This document shows, one piece after another, positions 22,026 through 33,642 of a stretch of 64,000 nucleotides of DNA. The stretch comes from Histomonas meleagridis 2922-C6/04-290x (Eukaryota; Protista; Parabasalia). The position numbers were made by a program, and so were the translations under genes. Positions within the stretch are counted from its first letter, which is position 1; the number at the start of each line of letters is the position of its first letter. The notes under the pieces were generated by a model, which saw only the letters and a program-made list of their open reading frames with translations, had not been told where the DNA came from and did not search any database. The stretch is taken from the NCBI GenBank assembly GCA_020184695.1, contig JAANOX010000142.1:248001-312000 (forward strand). The letters are read 5' to 3'.

Positions 22026-24319
22026 TTATTGAAGTAATTTCATTATTTCTCTGTTATAATTTATGTATGCGTATGTAAGTGCTGTTTGAAATATTTTAAA
22101 TAATTTCCAAATATTATTTTGAAATATAAAATTATTAAAATAAATATAAAATAAAACAAATAAATATCTTTAGCATTGATATCAATTCCTTCTTGTTCAA
22201 GAAGTAATTTAACTATTTCTATGTGATCAAAACAAGATGCTGTTAGAAATGCAGTTTCAAATAATTTGAATGAATTCCAAATATGACTTTGAAACAAAAA
22301 ATCATAAAAATAAAATTTAAATAGAACGAAAAAATATCTTTAGCATTGATATCGATTCCTTCTTGTTCAAGAATTAATTTAACTACTTCTGTGTGACCAT
22401 GCCAAGATGCAATTATAAGTGCTGTATGAAATGTATTTATTTAACTTCGGAAATCATTTGGAAAATTCAAATAAAATAAACAAATAAAAAATGCTTATAA
22501 GAAAAATCATGATCATTAATATTAATGCAACATTTTTCAAGTAGTAATCTAACAATATCTACCCACCCACCTAAGCACGCGCACATAAATGCTGTATATT
22601 ATTCTTTGATTAAACTTTATTTTATATTATAAAATATAAAATTACAGAAATTATCCACAATAAAGACAAAGAAAAATTATCCTTAAGATTAATATCAATA
22701 CTTTTTTGCTTGAGTAATAGTTTTACAACTTTAATATGTCCATAATATGAAGCCTCCATAAGTGCTGTACAAAATATGAAAAAAATAACACCAAATATAA
22801 AGCATGAAATTTTAAAAAAGAAAAATTTACCTGAAGTTAAATAAACAAATACTACTGTTATAATTTATATCAAATTTACCTTTTTTAAGAAGGAATTTAA
22901 CAATTTTAACATGACCATTTTGTGATGCTAATAAAAGTCCGTTATAAAATATTAAAAACAATTTCCAAATAATCATTTTAAACTAGAAAAATTATAAATT
23001 TTAAATCAAATTCATTAAAAAAACATTAACATCATCTATACTACCACATTTCTTTCTAAAAAGGAATTTAACAATTTCAAGACATCCTTCTTGACAAGCA
23101 ATTAAAAAAGGTGTGTTAAAAATATCTCATAAATTTTGTTTTAAAAAATGAGATATCAATATCTCAAATTAAAATTTAATTATAATAAAAAAATATACAT
23201 AACATTAACATAAATCTCTGGTTGATCAAGAACATAATTAACAACTTCAATGTTTCGTGATTTTACAGCTGAAATTAAAATATCTTTTGGCATTTCATTT
23301 CCTTCAAGAAAATGTTTTAAGAGAAATATATTACCACTTTCTGCTGAATAAGCAATCATCGAATTATTAACTTTTAAACCTTTTTCTTCTAAAAACGATA
23401 AAATTTCATAGTTCTGAGATATGATACTTTTCATTATTAAATCTTCCAAATTATTAAGTTCAAATTCATTATCATAAAGATAATGAAAAATATCGTTTTG
23501 GTGAAATTCAATTGCAGTTTCATATGCACCTTCAAATGATGAATGATTTTGTTCACATAAATGAATTATCTCTAAGTTTCCACTTGCAATTGCATATTTA
23601 CCTGTTTTTTCTACATTTGCATTATTCATAAGTAAATATTTGAAACATTTAATTGCAGAAAAAAATGCTGCATAATCAATTAATGAAATATTTTCTTTAT
23701 TAATAAAAGAGCATTTTTCATAAAGTGATGGATCAATTTTCTGGTTAAAATCAAATTTTGTTTGTGTTGATATTTCTTGAAGTTTTTCGATTTCATCATT
23801 TCGAATGATTTTCGCAATTGCGCTTGGATTAACTCCTTCTTTAACATATTTCTTATGAAGTGCCCATTCATTTTTTGAAAGTTCTACAATGTTTTCATGA
23901 ATTTCTTTCTTAAATGGAGTATTAATATTTTCAATTATATTATTAATTTCATTTTTACATTTATGATGCGCAAAATATAATGATTTCTTATTTCTTATAG
24001 CATCAACTTTAATAAAATCATGTTCAATTAACTTTTCAAGAAGATAGTTGGCTTCAAGTGAATCTAAATTAAGAAGAAATTGTGAAAAAATATTAATTAA
24101 TTGATCATTTAGTGTTTGGAGTTTTTGTATAAAATATAAAGATATGTTGATGTTATTTTTACATGATTTCATGTTTGAATAAATAATTTGACTTAGAACA
24201 AGATCAAAAGAAATCGGAAAATTAATATCAATAAAAGTTTGAATTACTTCAATAGTTTTAACAATATTTTCCTCATTTAATTCCCATATTGTTTTTTGGA
24301 TGTTCTTTAAAAAGTTCAC
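22026..24319 (-). CDS. DUF3447-like + ankyrin-repeat protein A, with 7 loop spacers built from 17-nt inserts
   Basis: N-terminal ORF with LIDYAAFFSAIKCFKYLL..GNLEIIHLCEQ, then six stop-free 90-nt ankyrin segments and a terminal 60-nt segment ending at TAA 22026-22028. No suitable ATG; GTG 24319 is the best positional match to the paralog N-termini. Confidence 0.75.
22086..23194 (-). other. 7 ankyrin-loop spacers (80,81,85,83,80,80,80 nt) of 17/18-nt inserts plus codons
   Basis: Spacers 23115-23194, 22944-23024, 22769-22853, 22596-22678, 22426-22505, 22256-22335, 22086-22165. Decoded loops Y-KDKN-TPF, N-DLGY-NGL, S-SQKGC-TAL, D-NVYKY-TAF, D-FEEH-TAL, D-KFGE-TAF, D-YYGQ-TAL. The 81-, 85- and 83-nt parses are less certain. 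Confidence 0.85.
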
Positions 24320-24369
24320 TGTAATTGTAATGTGATATGAAATATAAGAATTAACGTATTTAAAACCCA

Positions 24370-24984
24370 ATGCAAAAAATGAAAGAAACAGAATACCGCG
24401 AAGCATATTGCAGATATAGATCAGATCTTCTTGGGAGAAACAAACAACTTGAAGAAATGATAAAGAAGAAAATGGACGGAACATATTCTATAGAGGAAAT
24501 AAATCAAAATAAAACACATTCACACCAATTTAATTTTGAAAAGAAAAAAGCTCCTTCACGTAAAGAACTCAATCCCACAATGGACAGTGAAAAACAACAA
24601 AAAATCGCAGAAGAAGAAGAAGAAAGTGACCATTCACAAAATGAAATATATAAACATTCAATTTTGGATGACCGAGGACCTTTTGAAAATTATGGTTCTG
24701 GCAACACACATCCAACAAATCCTCGTCTTTACATGACAACATTCAATGTGAAAGCATCTGGTGGAATCAATCCACACACTGTTATGAAATCAAAAATCCG
24801 TCCTAATGTCCTTACAAAGTATTCGTATCAACAAAAATATCCAAATCCTCAATTTTTCGCCGACCAAAATGAAATGTCATCAGAGCAAAAGAAGAACTCC
24901 GATGGACCATTTTTGGTTTGTTGGCCCTCCCATTCTCATATGCCGCCTCAGTACACTCCACTTGATCGGGTTATTCGTAAATAA
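24370..24984 (+). CDS. hypothetical hydrophilic protein (~200 aa)
   Basis: ORF with coding-like composition, divergently oriented to ankyrin gene A. Confidence 0.65.
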   Translation: MQKMKETEYREAYCRYRSDLLGRNKQLEEMIKKKMDGTYSIEEINQNKTHSHQFNFEKKKAPSRKELNPTMDSEKQQKIAEEEEESDHSQNEIYKHSILDDRGPFENYGSGNTHPTNPRLYMTTFNVKASGGINPHTVMKSKIRPNVLTKYSYQQKYPNPQFFADQNEMSSEQKKNSDGPFLVCWPSHSHMPPQYTPLDRVIRK

Positions 24985-25723
24985 ACAACTGTTTTATTTT
25001 TTTCATTACATGCAACAAATTTATTTTAACCTTATGCATTCTATATGATATTATATTATGGACTAAATCTACAAGAAAAGGCTATCCAATTTTGAAATTT
25101 CAAAATACTATTTGGAAATTATTAAGTTAAATTGTTGTAGCTTATTTTAAATTGTATAATATTTGTTGAATGTTCATGTTAATATTATTATGAAGCAAGA
25201 CACCATTAAGTTATTTCTACTTTTATCATTTTAAATTACCCTATCAGAAATAAAGACTGTGTCAAATAAACGGTCATTTCAAATCAAAAAATTAATTTTT
25301 TTCATTTCTCTCTGAATTAATTTTCATAAAATTAAAATGAATTATTTTTCATATCATAGTCAATAAAATTAATATGTATAAATTTTGATATCTTACTCTT
25401 TTATGAACAATCTTCAAAATTTCAAAATACTTTTTTGGGCTTCAGATTTAAAAACAGAAGTTCAAATTCAAGATATATGAGACTCAGACTACTTAGTATT
25501 TTTTTTTTTTTTATATTAATTTTAATAATTTATTTTACTGTTTTTAAATTATATACATTTTAAATCTAATGATCAAGGCAAAAATTCAAAAATCTGTCTT
25601 TGCAAATTTTTTTAATTGATTTGTTGTGTAAGTAGAATGAATCCAAGCATTAGAAGCGATTCGTTCATAATTGAAGGCGCTCGGTATACCGACATGTGAT
25701 ATGAAAACAACCCCAGAAACTAA

Positions 25724-26221
25724 ATGGAAAGAAAAAAACAAAAAAATCAAACAAGTTTAATAGTTCCTAAACTTGGAACCTTTGACCACTGCGTTGAAGT
25801 TATTGAAAACGAAACAGATATCAGAAGATTTCTCAAAATAATAGAAATAATTGATTCAAATTTTGGTGTAACAGGGGAATCCACAAAAAACGAACTAATG
25901 GATGCAGCTTTAAAAGTCGACAATAAAGATTTAATAGTTCTTTCGGGATATGCTCATTTGCTTTTAGCAGAACAAATGCATAAACAAGGATTTGACAAGA
26001 AAAGCATTAATAGCCAATCAAGCAAAGCTGAATCTCTTCTTTATTATGCTAATATGGGTGGAAATCATCCTCTTTTACCAAGAGCAATGCGCCTTAAACG
26101 TCGTGTTAACTGGAAATCCTATACAAAGCTTGTCGTATCATGTATTGCATTGTTAGCCATTATTCTTTTAGTCTGTTACTTATATGGTTATATTTCCAAT
26201 CTCGATTTTGACTTTTTTTAA
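25724..26221 (+). CDS. hypothetical protein with a C-terminal TM helix (tail-anchored-like)
   Basis: 165-aa ORF ending KLVVSCIALLAIILLVCYLYGYISNLDFDFF. Confidence 0.65.
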   Translation: MERKKQKNQTSLIVPKLGTFDHCVEVIENETDIRRFLKIIEIIDSNFGVTGESTKNELMDAALKVDNKDLIVLSGYAHLLLAEQMHKQGFDKKSINSQSSKAESLLYYANMGGNHPLLPRAMRLKRRVNWKSYTKLVVSCIALLAIILLVCYLYGYISNLDFDFF

Positions 26222-26506
26222 ATACATGTATAATTTCCGGTCAACATTGTTGTATCAGACCACCAGCAGAATCCATAAGTGTCTTTGCAAAACAGATAAT
26301 TTTCTTGTAATATCTTATCTATAATTAAATATATGAAAGAAAAAGCATAGAAGAGAAAACACGAACGGTTCTGCTCAACAATGAAAAAAAAAATAAGAAA
26401 TCTAATCTGATTAACTAAAGAAAAGTGTTTTTTAATACAGTAATAATTGAATGGAATTTGATCACACAACGGCGGTTATTGATTTTGATTTTTAAACGTA
26501 TGTCAC

Positions 26507-28906
26507 ATGAACCAAGATTCTCTGTTTATTCCATACGTATCAGCACTAGAAGAGAATCATGAAAACACAACAATTAAAGAACAAGTAATAATGCAAGTAT
26601 TAAATTTGTTCGATTCAGACATTTCTTTATTTTCAACAATTTCGTATGACTCATACTTTCCAAAAATCCTTCGACATATATGGGATGGGGTTTTAAAACC
26701 TTTAGCCTCACCTCTTTCGACATTTATTTCAAGAATTTTATCATTTTTAACATATGCTTGCTTACATAATCCAGATTTGTTAACATTAATTGCTAAGACA
26801 GCTCCATTAGATCAATTGATTATGGTATTTTTTGGAAAAGAATTTAAACATGAAATTACAAATCCTGATTTATCTTATTTAACTCCAATTTTCAAATTTT
26901 TATCTGCAATATCATTCTCCAGTCAGGCTTCTATTTCATTTACCAACGCCATTCAGATATTAATTAATGTTTCATTTTCATGTATCAATTTAAATCAAAT
27001 TGCTCCATATATAATAACCACAATTTCTGGATTTACTCGAACCTCCCCAACATTCTTACCATTGTTAAAATCCCATCCTAACATCACTGATTTCCAGCGT
27101 AAGTTAGCGTCGTTTCTCACATCAAACGACCGTTTACTTGCTATCGCATGTCTATCGGCAATTTTAATATTAAATTCAAAAGAAATAGATGTACGTGTTA
27201 TCTTAAAGGTTTCCAACGAAACTATCAAAAATCCGCCTAAAGATCAAATGACATTTATTAATTCCACTTCTCTGTTATATTATATTATTCATAATTATTC
27301 CGAAATAATAACAGAAAATGAAATTTTAAATATAATTCAAAGCGCAATCAAATTAAAAGGAATGAAGTCATATCTATTGTATAAAATTTTATATGAATCA
27401 AATGAAAGAATTCAAAATTTATTAGTTAAAATTATTGAAACTCGAAATTATGAAATTTTAGAACAAATTTTTAATTATTTTATTGATATAAATGAAAATT
27501 ATTTATTAATAATCATATCGAACTTAATAAATCTTTTATATAAAGAACGAAAACTTCCGAATATTCCAAACATTCGAAATATATTTTTAAAGATATTAAA
27601 TGTTATCATATTAAAAAATTCAAACATTATTAAACTCGAAGCGTTTTCATTAATAATTCGAATTTTCACTAAAGATGAAAATGTTTTATTACAAATTCTT
27701 CCAATTATTGAAGAGAACAATGAAAAACTTTTTATATCATTTGAAAGAAACATCGAAAACAATAATTCGTTTGTTTGCGTTAATTTGTTTTTGTTTTTAT
27801 ATTCGATTTCATTATATATAAAATGTTTTAAAATGAATTTAATTAATATAATTAATAATAACAATCAATTTATAGTTTTGTTATATTTCGTATTAACAAA
27901 TACACAAAATCGTTTTGTGATTTCTGATGCAATAAAAATTATTTATGTTATATTAAATGGATTTAAATATAATATAAATGAAACTTTTGAACATTTTAAT
28001 GATATTTTAGTTTCAAGTTTTTTGATGTTAAACTTGAAAAATAAAAACGAAAATGAAATTAAAAAAATGAATTTAATGAAAGTAAAAAATGAAAAATCAC
28101 AAAAAATGAAAGAAATGAAAACGAAAAATGTTTTATGTGAAAATGAAATTTCGAATTTGAATTCGAAAATAGAAAAAATGGAAAATGAGAAACAAATTAT
28201 CAATAAGAAAATAAATGAAATAAATGAACAAAACGAAAAATTGAAACAAAAAATAAAAAGAAATAAAGAAAAATATAATAAATATAATGAAATAGAAATT
28301 AATAAATATAAAAATGAAATCGAATTATATAAACAAAAACAAAATGAAAATGAAAATAATTTAAATAAAGTTAAAGAAGAAAATGAAAAAATGAAAAAAA
28401 TTATCGAAAACAAAACTAATTTAATAAATGAAATGAATGTTAATAATAAAAAATTGAAAAATTCTTTAAATAATTTAAAAAATATTTGTGCGAAATATAA
28501 AACAAAAAATGAAAAATTATTAAATTCTTTAAATATTTCGAAAAATACAATTGAAATCAAAGCGCAAAAAATCATTAATTATAAAGAATTAAATTTAAAT
28601 TATGAATTACAATTAAAGAAATTACAAAATTTATTAAAACAAAAATCAGATGATGAAACAAAATGTCTTATTGATATAAATGACATGAAACAAGAAATTG
28701 AATATTTGAGAAATGAAAATGAAATGTTAAAGAACGAAAATAAAAAGTTACAAAAGAATTTGACTGAAAACGAAGCAAAAATTGCGGAAATGTCACGTGA
28801 AAAAAACGAACTACTAAAAGTGTCAAATGTAATTCACAGAATTACAAAAGGGAAAATGCTGCCGATGAGCTTGGAAAATACCATCCAAAATGAATTGTAT
28901 GTATAA
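26507..28906 (+). CDS. ARM-like N-terminus + long C-terminal coiled-coil protein
   Basis: 799 aa; helical N-terminal half; K/E/N-rich heptad region from about aa 510. Confidence 0.75.
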   Translation: MNQDSLFIPYVSALEENHENTTIKEQVIMQVLNLFDSDISLFSTISYDSYFPKILRHIWDGVLKPLASPLSTFISRILSFLTYACLHNPDLLTLIAKTAPLDQLIMVFFGKEFKHEITNPDLSYLTPIFKFLSAISFSSQASISFTNAIQILINVSFSCINLNQIAPYIITTISGFTRTSPTFLPLLKSHPNITDFQRKLASFLTSNDRLLAIACLSAILILNSKEIDVRVILKVSNETIKNPPKDQMTFINSTSLLYYIIHNYSEIITENEILNIIQSAIKLKGMKSYLLYKILYESNERIQNLLVKIIETRNYEILEQIFNYFIDINENYLLIIISNLINLLYKERKLPNIPNIRNIFLKILNVIILKNSNIIKLEAFSLIIRIFTKDENVLLQILPIIEENNEKLFISFERNIENNNSFVCVNLFLFLYSISLYIKCFKMNLINIINNNNQFIVLLYFVLTNTQNRFVISDAIKIIYVILNGFKYNINETFEHFNDILVSSFLMLNLKNKNENEIKKMNLMKVKNEKSQKMKEMKTKNVLCENEISNLNSKIEKMENEKQIINKKINEINEQNEKLKQKIKRNKEKYNKYNEIEINKYKNEIELYKQKQNENENNLNKVKEENEKMKKIIENKTNLINEMNVNNKKLKNSLNNLKNICAKYKTKNEKLLNSLNISKNTIEIKAQKIINYKELNLNYELQLKKLQNLLKQKSDDETKCLIDINDMKQEIEYLRNENEMLKNENKKLQKNLTENEAKIAEMSREKNELLKVSNVIHRITKGKMLPMSLENTIQNELYV

Positions 28907-29332
28907 AATGTTTTGTAAATTAATTAAATTATTTATTATACTGTTAAAAGTGAAGAAGCTGATGCTTACTGAAAACTTTCCAAACCTTTGTAGATAGGAA
29001 ATAAAATTACTTTTGCTTATATAAAATAGATATATTGAATGAAAAAAATGAAATGTGTTTTTGAAAAATAAATATAATGTATTAATGTGTTCCAATAAAT
29101 TAAATGTTTTTGATGTAAATGGTTTGGTCTGATTTTATTTACCAAACATTTCCATAATTATTAATACATAACATAATATGTATAACTTTATTTAATAATA
29201 GTTTTTTATTTATAGAATATATACACATTCAAAACATAACAACGTTGAAGAAGTTAAAGCAATGTTTTTATCTTCTTCTTGTTGCGTGCAACTTGAATGC
29301 ATTCATTTTGAATACTTTACAAAACCAATTCC

Positions 29333-30001
29333 ATGAGCAGGAGAGAGCCAGGACAATATTATTCACCAAATCAAAATCAGCGCCAGGCACCATACCGTCA
29401 AGGTGTAAACGTAACGTATAATCAGGTTTATCAAAAAGATATTCCACAAAACATGCCTCAACCATCTCAAATTTCATTTAACCCAACAATGCGCAAAACT
29501 TCTGCGACTATGATAAACTCTTCTCCGAGTGAAATTCCGCCTAGCTTTGAAAACAATACCCCAATCAGCATTAATCCTTTATTTACACCATGTTCAAATC
29601 CAGAACTTGATGAAGAATTTGATTTTGTTAACCTTGGTATCGATCTTAATGCAAGGGAGCCACTTCTTCCTCGTATTTACTATGCAGGATCTGATGCGCC
29701 AATGGTTCATTGTTCACAGTTTCCTGTTCCAGATTCGTATCCAAGACAACTTGAAGAAGTTAAAGCATTAGACAGACTCAGAGCTTTTTCTGATGAAGCT
29801 CTCTTTTTTGTGTTTTATTTACATGCAAAAGATGAACTTCAGCTAGCAGCGTACAATGAGCTACTGCAACGTGGATTTATTTTTGACAAAGAAAATAAGT
29901 ATTGGAAGAATCAAATTGGATTTGCTTTTGATTGCAACCAATGGAAATTTGTTCAACCGAATGAATCACACAAAATACCAATAGTTCAGCAAAGCATTTA
30001 A
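29333..30001 (+). CDS. NOT2/NOT3/NOT5-domain protein (CNOT2-like, CCR4-NOT)
   Basis: NLGIDLN..LLP and FSDEALFFVFYLHAKDELQLAAYNELLQRGF..FDCNQW match the NOT-box pattern. Confidence 0.8.
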   Translation: MSRREPGQYYSPNQNQRQAPYRQGVNVTYNQVYQKDIPQNMPQPSQISFNPTMRKTSATMINSSPSEIPPSFENNTPISINPLFTPCSNPELDEEFDFVNLGIDLNAREPLLPRIYYAGSDAPMVHCSQFPVPDSYPRQLEEVKALDRLRAFSDEALFFVFYLHAKDELQLAAYNELLQRGFIFDKENKYWKNQIGFAFDCNQWKFVQPNESHKIPIVQQSI

Positions 30002-30113
30002 CATACAGTTTCACACATTTAGTTGTAAAAAATTTATTTTTAAAAAATTTGATCGCATCTTTTTCAAATAGTGTGTGTAAAGCTTTCAATGTTATAACGT
30101 TTGCTTTGTTGTA

Positions 30114-30806
30114 ATGTCTCATCTTGTTGAAATTAAGCAAGAACTAATTAATCAATACAATGAAGCTCATGTAGCTGAAAAGGATTATATACTCCGATCC
30201 CTTTCTGAAAATAACTGGGAGAAACAAAAAGAAGAAGGAAATATAACATTGTATTCCAGAAGTGTTCCAGGATCCAGCTTTATTGAAACGAAAACAGTTA
30301 TATTAGTGGATGCACCAGCACAAGCAATGATTGATACAATGACATATGATAAAGTTTTTTCACTGGAAGAAACACCACAAGGTCCGATTCCACCTGAAGA
30401 AATATATGCACTATACGATCCAAAAGATGAAAATCAGTCAATCATATATTTCATGGCAATGAAATCGCCAGCATTTCTTGTAGCTCCAAGGGAGATGCTT
30501 CTTTACCGAAGAACATATTTTGAAGGAGGGAAAACAATTTTTATGCAAATGTCAATTGATAATGAAGATCTCAAGCCGCAACGTAAAAGTCATGTCCGAA
30601 CGATAATTTCGGGTCAAGCTTTCGTTATTGAAGCTGATCCTGAAAATAAAGAGCGTTGTATAATGACTGTGTTTAGCCATGTAAATCCAGGTGGTAGCTT
30701 ACCTGCTTGGGCAGTAAATTACAGTGTAAAGAACCAACTTGATGGCGTAAAGACGATAACGGGCGAAGCAGTGAAATATTACCAAAGAACAAAAAACAAT
30801 GAATAA
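30114..30806 (+). CDS. START-domain lipid-binding protein
   Basis: WEKQKEEGNITLYSR, SPAFLVAPREML, HVNPGGSLPAWAVN. Confidence 0.85.
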   Translation: MSHLVEIKQELINQYNEAHVAEKDYILRSLSENNWEKQKEEGNITLYSRSVPGSSFIETKTVILVDAPAQAMIDTMTYDKVFSLEETPQGPIPPEEIYALYDPKDENQSIIYFMAMKSPAFLVAPREMLLYRRTYFEGGKTIFMQMSIDNEDLKPQRKSHVRTIISGQAFVIEADPENKERCIMTVFSHVNPGGSLPAWAVNYSVKNQLDGVKTITGEAVKYYQRTKNNE

Positions 30807-31379
30807 ACACTTTGTTTATGGAATGTGAAATATTTCATATATATTTGAGAAAAGAAAAACACCAATAATATAAGCATATCAAATATTCCACCATATATCT
30901 CTATATGAAAATATTTTTATTAAAATTTTATAAAAAACACTATTAAACAAAACACTAAATATTTTTGTTTGATAATATTTTTTAAATATAAAACACAGTA
31001 AGAAGCATTATTAATAAAAATGAACCCTCTTTTCTCAATGTGAAAACATTTACGATGGTGTGTATATGGCTCATAATGCAAAACAGCTACAAAACACGAA
31101 ATATCTCTACATGAAAAAAGTTATGAAATAAAAAAACACTACGTAACATGAAACAAAATGAACATGTTTATCTCTACAAACACTTACTAAATACAAAGCA
31201 CCAAATATTTTCATATGAAAGCACCCAATAAACAATAAACATAAAAGCACTAAGCAGCATTCACAAAACGTATTTATCTTGACATGAAAGCATTTATTTA
31301 ATTTCGCAAGACGCATTTAATTTCTTTCTACAATATCATTCAAAATTACATTTCCAAACAAACAAACACACACAATTTA

Positions 31380-33245
31380 TTAATTCAGCACCTGCAAGTT
31401 ATGTATTATTGTATTATTCCAAAACTCTTCGAAGTCATTTTGTATTTCTTTCTTTGTCTGATGAAACTGGTTCTGCAGCTCAATGATTTCATCCTTTCGC
31501 ATTTGCACTTCCTCAACTTTCTGTTCGAAGCTTTGGAGCACTTCATCGATTTCATCATTAATTTTCCTTTTAGCGTTTTCTAGTTCAACTTCGTCATCGA
31601 ACATTTGCTTTTTCTCGTTTTCTTCTGTTTTATTATTAATTTCATTCTTTAGTTGACTTATAGCGTTATTAATTTGATCTCTTTCATCTTGTAGCGCGTT
31701 TCCTTTTTGTCTTAATTCCATTAATTCATCTGTTAAAGTTTTTGCCTTTTGACAATTTTCACTTAATGACTTTCGAATTTGTTGTACATTATCAAATTTA
31801 TTGTGCGAATTATAAAACTCAATGTATGCGGCTTCTTTTGAGATTAATTTGTTCATCTTATTTCGATGTCGTGAATTAATTAACATAACTAAGTTTTGGA
31901 CATTCTTTTGACTTTCATCAAGTCGTTGTTGTAATTGCGATACACGTAATGCTAAGTTATTCCCTTTTAAGATTAACCCTTTCATAAACTGGAAGCAAAA
32001 TTGCGTTTGCGCTGAGCCATATACTTCTAATTGATCAGTATCGTCTTCGATAAATGATAATATCTTCGATTGTAATTCAACAGCTTCAGTTTCAGTGATA
32101 ATCGTTGACGTACTACGATATGTCGTAGGATTCGATTCAAGTTGTAGTAGTTCCGCACGTAAACGTGATATTTCGTGGCGCAATTTGGTTATAAGCTCTT
32201 GCGGAGGAAGTTCTGATTGGTTGAGCTTTGATGTGGTCGAAACCGTCGAAACGCTTTCGGCAAATCGACATGTGATAATTGACTCCGAGATATGCGCTTT
32301 GTTGGTGGATATGGTGGCAATCATCGACGTTCGGACATTACCAATTAATGAATCTTTCAAAAATCGAGTTAGGACAGAATCACGAAATGGAATATGTTTT
32401 TGTTTTTGATTTAACCCAATGATAACATTCTGCAGAGTCAAGAGAGACTTGTTAATGAATTTGGCTTCGACTTTTCGTTGATTAACTTCATTACTTAATG
32501 AGGCAAATTTTTCCGATCCGGCTAAATCAACAAAATTGATCTTAGATGAAACAACTGAATCGCCTTTGAAGGTTTTGAAGTATAAGGTAAAGATTGTATG
32601 TGATCGTGACGAATATTTGTTGTTGACAGTCTCGGCTTTTTGACGTATACATTCACCAGCCCAAAAAAGCCGATGTGCATCTTCGATTGTTTGTGCTCGT
32701 TCAATAGAAAGATCACGGCAAATAATTTTTTTACCTGTATCTGCTAATGTAACTTTACGAAGATCTTCAAGTTTTTGCATTTGATTTCCTCCTATTTGTG
32801 TAAGGAGGTCATAAGCAGTATTGTTATAAATTTCTAAGTATGAAATAGAGATTTCAGTATTAGAATTTTGTTGTACTTTATCATATGTATATTGAATAGC
32901 TCTAGGAACAATACCCATATATTGAGGAGTACCATCTCCTGTGATTGTAAATGTTTTTCCACTACCTGTTTGACCATAAGCAAATAATGTAGAATTGTAT
33001 CCTTCAAGTGTATGATCAATTAATGACATAGCAACATCTTTAAATATGTCCTCTTGTTTAGAATCTTTCCAAAATACATTACTAAAAGAAAAATAATGTT
33101 CTGTAGGACTTGATGAATTAGGATTTGATATTTCAAATCGAAGAGCCCTAGGATCTATCTCATCAACATGGACCCCAGGATAATCTTCATTTGGATTACT
33201 ACAAGGCCTAACACGTGCATAAACTTTAATATTTTCTTCGCTCAT
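31380..33245 (-). CDS. kinesin motor (kinesin-9/KIF9-KIF6-like)
   Basis: AYGQTGSGKT, SSRSH, DLAGSE, HIPFRDSVLT, C-terminal coiled coil. ATG 33245 (track extends to 33332). Subfamily assignment is tentative. Confidence 0.9.
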   Translation of the reverse strand: MSEENIKVYARVRPCSNPNEDYPGVHVDEIDPRALRFEISNPNSSSPTEHYFSFSNVFWKDSKQEDIFKDVAMSLIDHTLEGYNSTLFAYGQTGSGKTFTITGDGTPQYMGIVPRAIQYTYDKVQQNSNTEISISYLEIYNNTAYDLLTQIGGNQMQKLEDLRKVTLADTGKKIICRDLSIERAQTIEDAHRLFWAGECIRQKAETVNNKYSSRSHTIFTLYFKTFKGDSVVSSKINFVDLAGSEKFASLSNEVNQRKVEAKFINKSLLTLQNVIIGLNQKQKHIPFRDSVLTRFLKDSLIGNVRTSMIATISTNKAHISESIITCRFAESVSTVSTTSKLNQSELPPQELITKLRHEISRLRAELLQLESNPTTYRSTSTIITETEAVELQSKILSFIEDDTDQLEVYGSAQTQFCFQFMKGLILKGNNLALRVSQLQQRLDESQKNVQNLVMLINSRHRNKMNKLISKEAAYIEFYNSHNKFDNVQQIRKSLSENCQKAKTLTDELMELRQKGNALQDERDQINNAISQLKNEINNKTEENEKKQMFDDEVELENAKRKINDEIDEVLQSFEQKVEEVQMRKDEIIELQNQFHQTKKEIQNDFEEFWNNTIIHNLQVLN

Positions 33246-33642
33246 ATGGGATTTATGGGGCACCCCACGAAGAAGAAGTTTAAAAAACAGAAGTAGAAAA
33301 ACAATTTGGAAGGTATTCTTTAGTTCAAACAACTGAATTAAAGATCATGATATAAACCATATATTTTTTTTAACGAGCTCGGAAATATACTCGATCAGTA
33401 GTTCTTTTCTTGAAAAGAATTGGACAACCGCAACGATCACATCTAGTATTTTCTCGTGTTATAACAACCACTGTTTTTCCGCATGAAGTACATATATAAT
33501 CAGTCGGCATTACAAATCTTAATTTGGGAAGTTTGTTCGATCGAAGAAAGACCGTTATTAAATTTGGTGTGCCCCCAATAACCGTCGTAAGAAGTGAATT
33601 TCACCACCAACAATGAAGTTGCTTTTATCATTTTGACATAAA

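Noticed and set aside
27499-28575. Long antisense Phe/Ile-rich ORFs (121 and 210 aa)
   Set aside because: Shadows of the A-rich coiled-coil coding strand.
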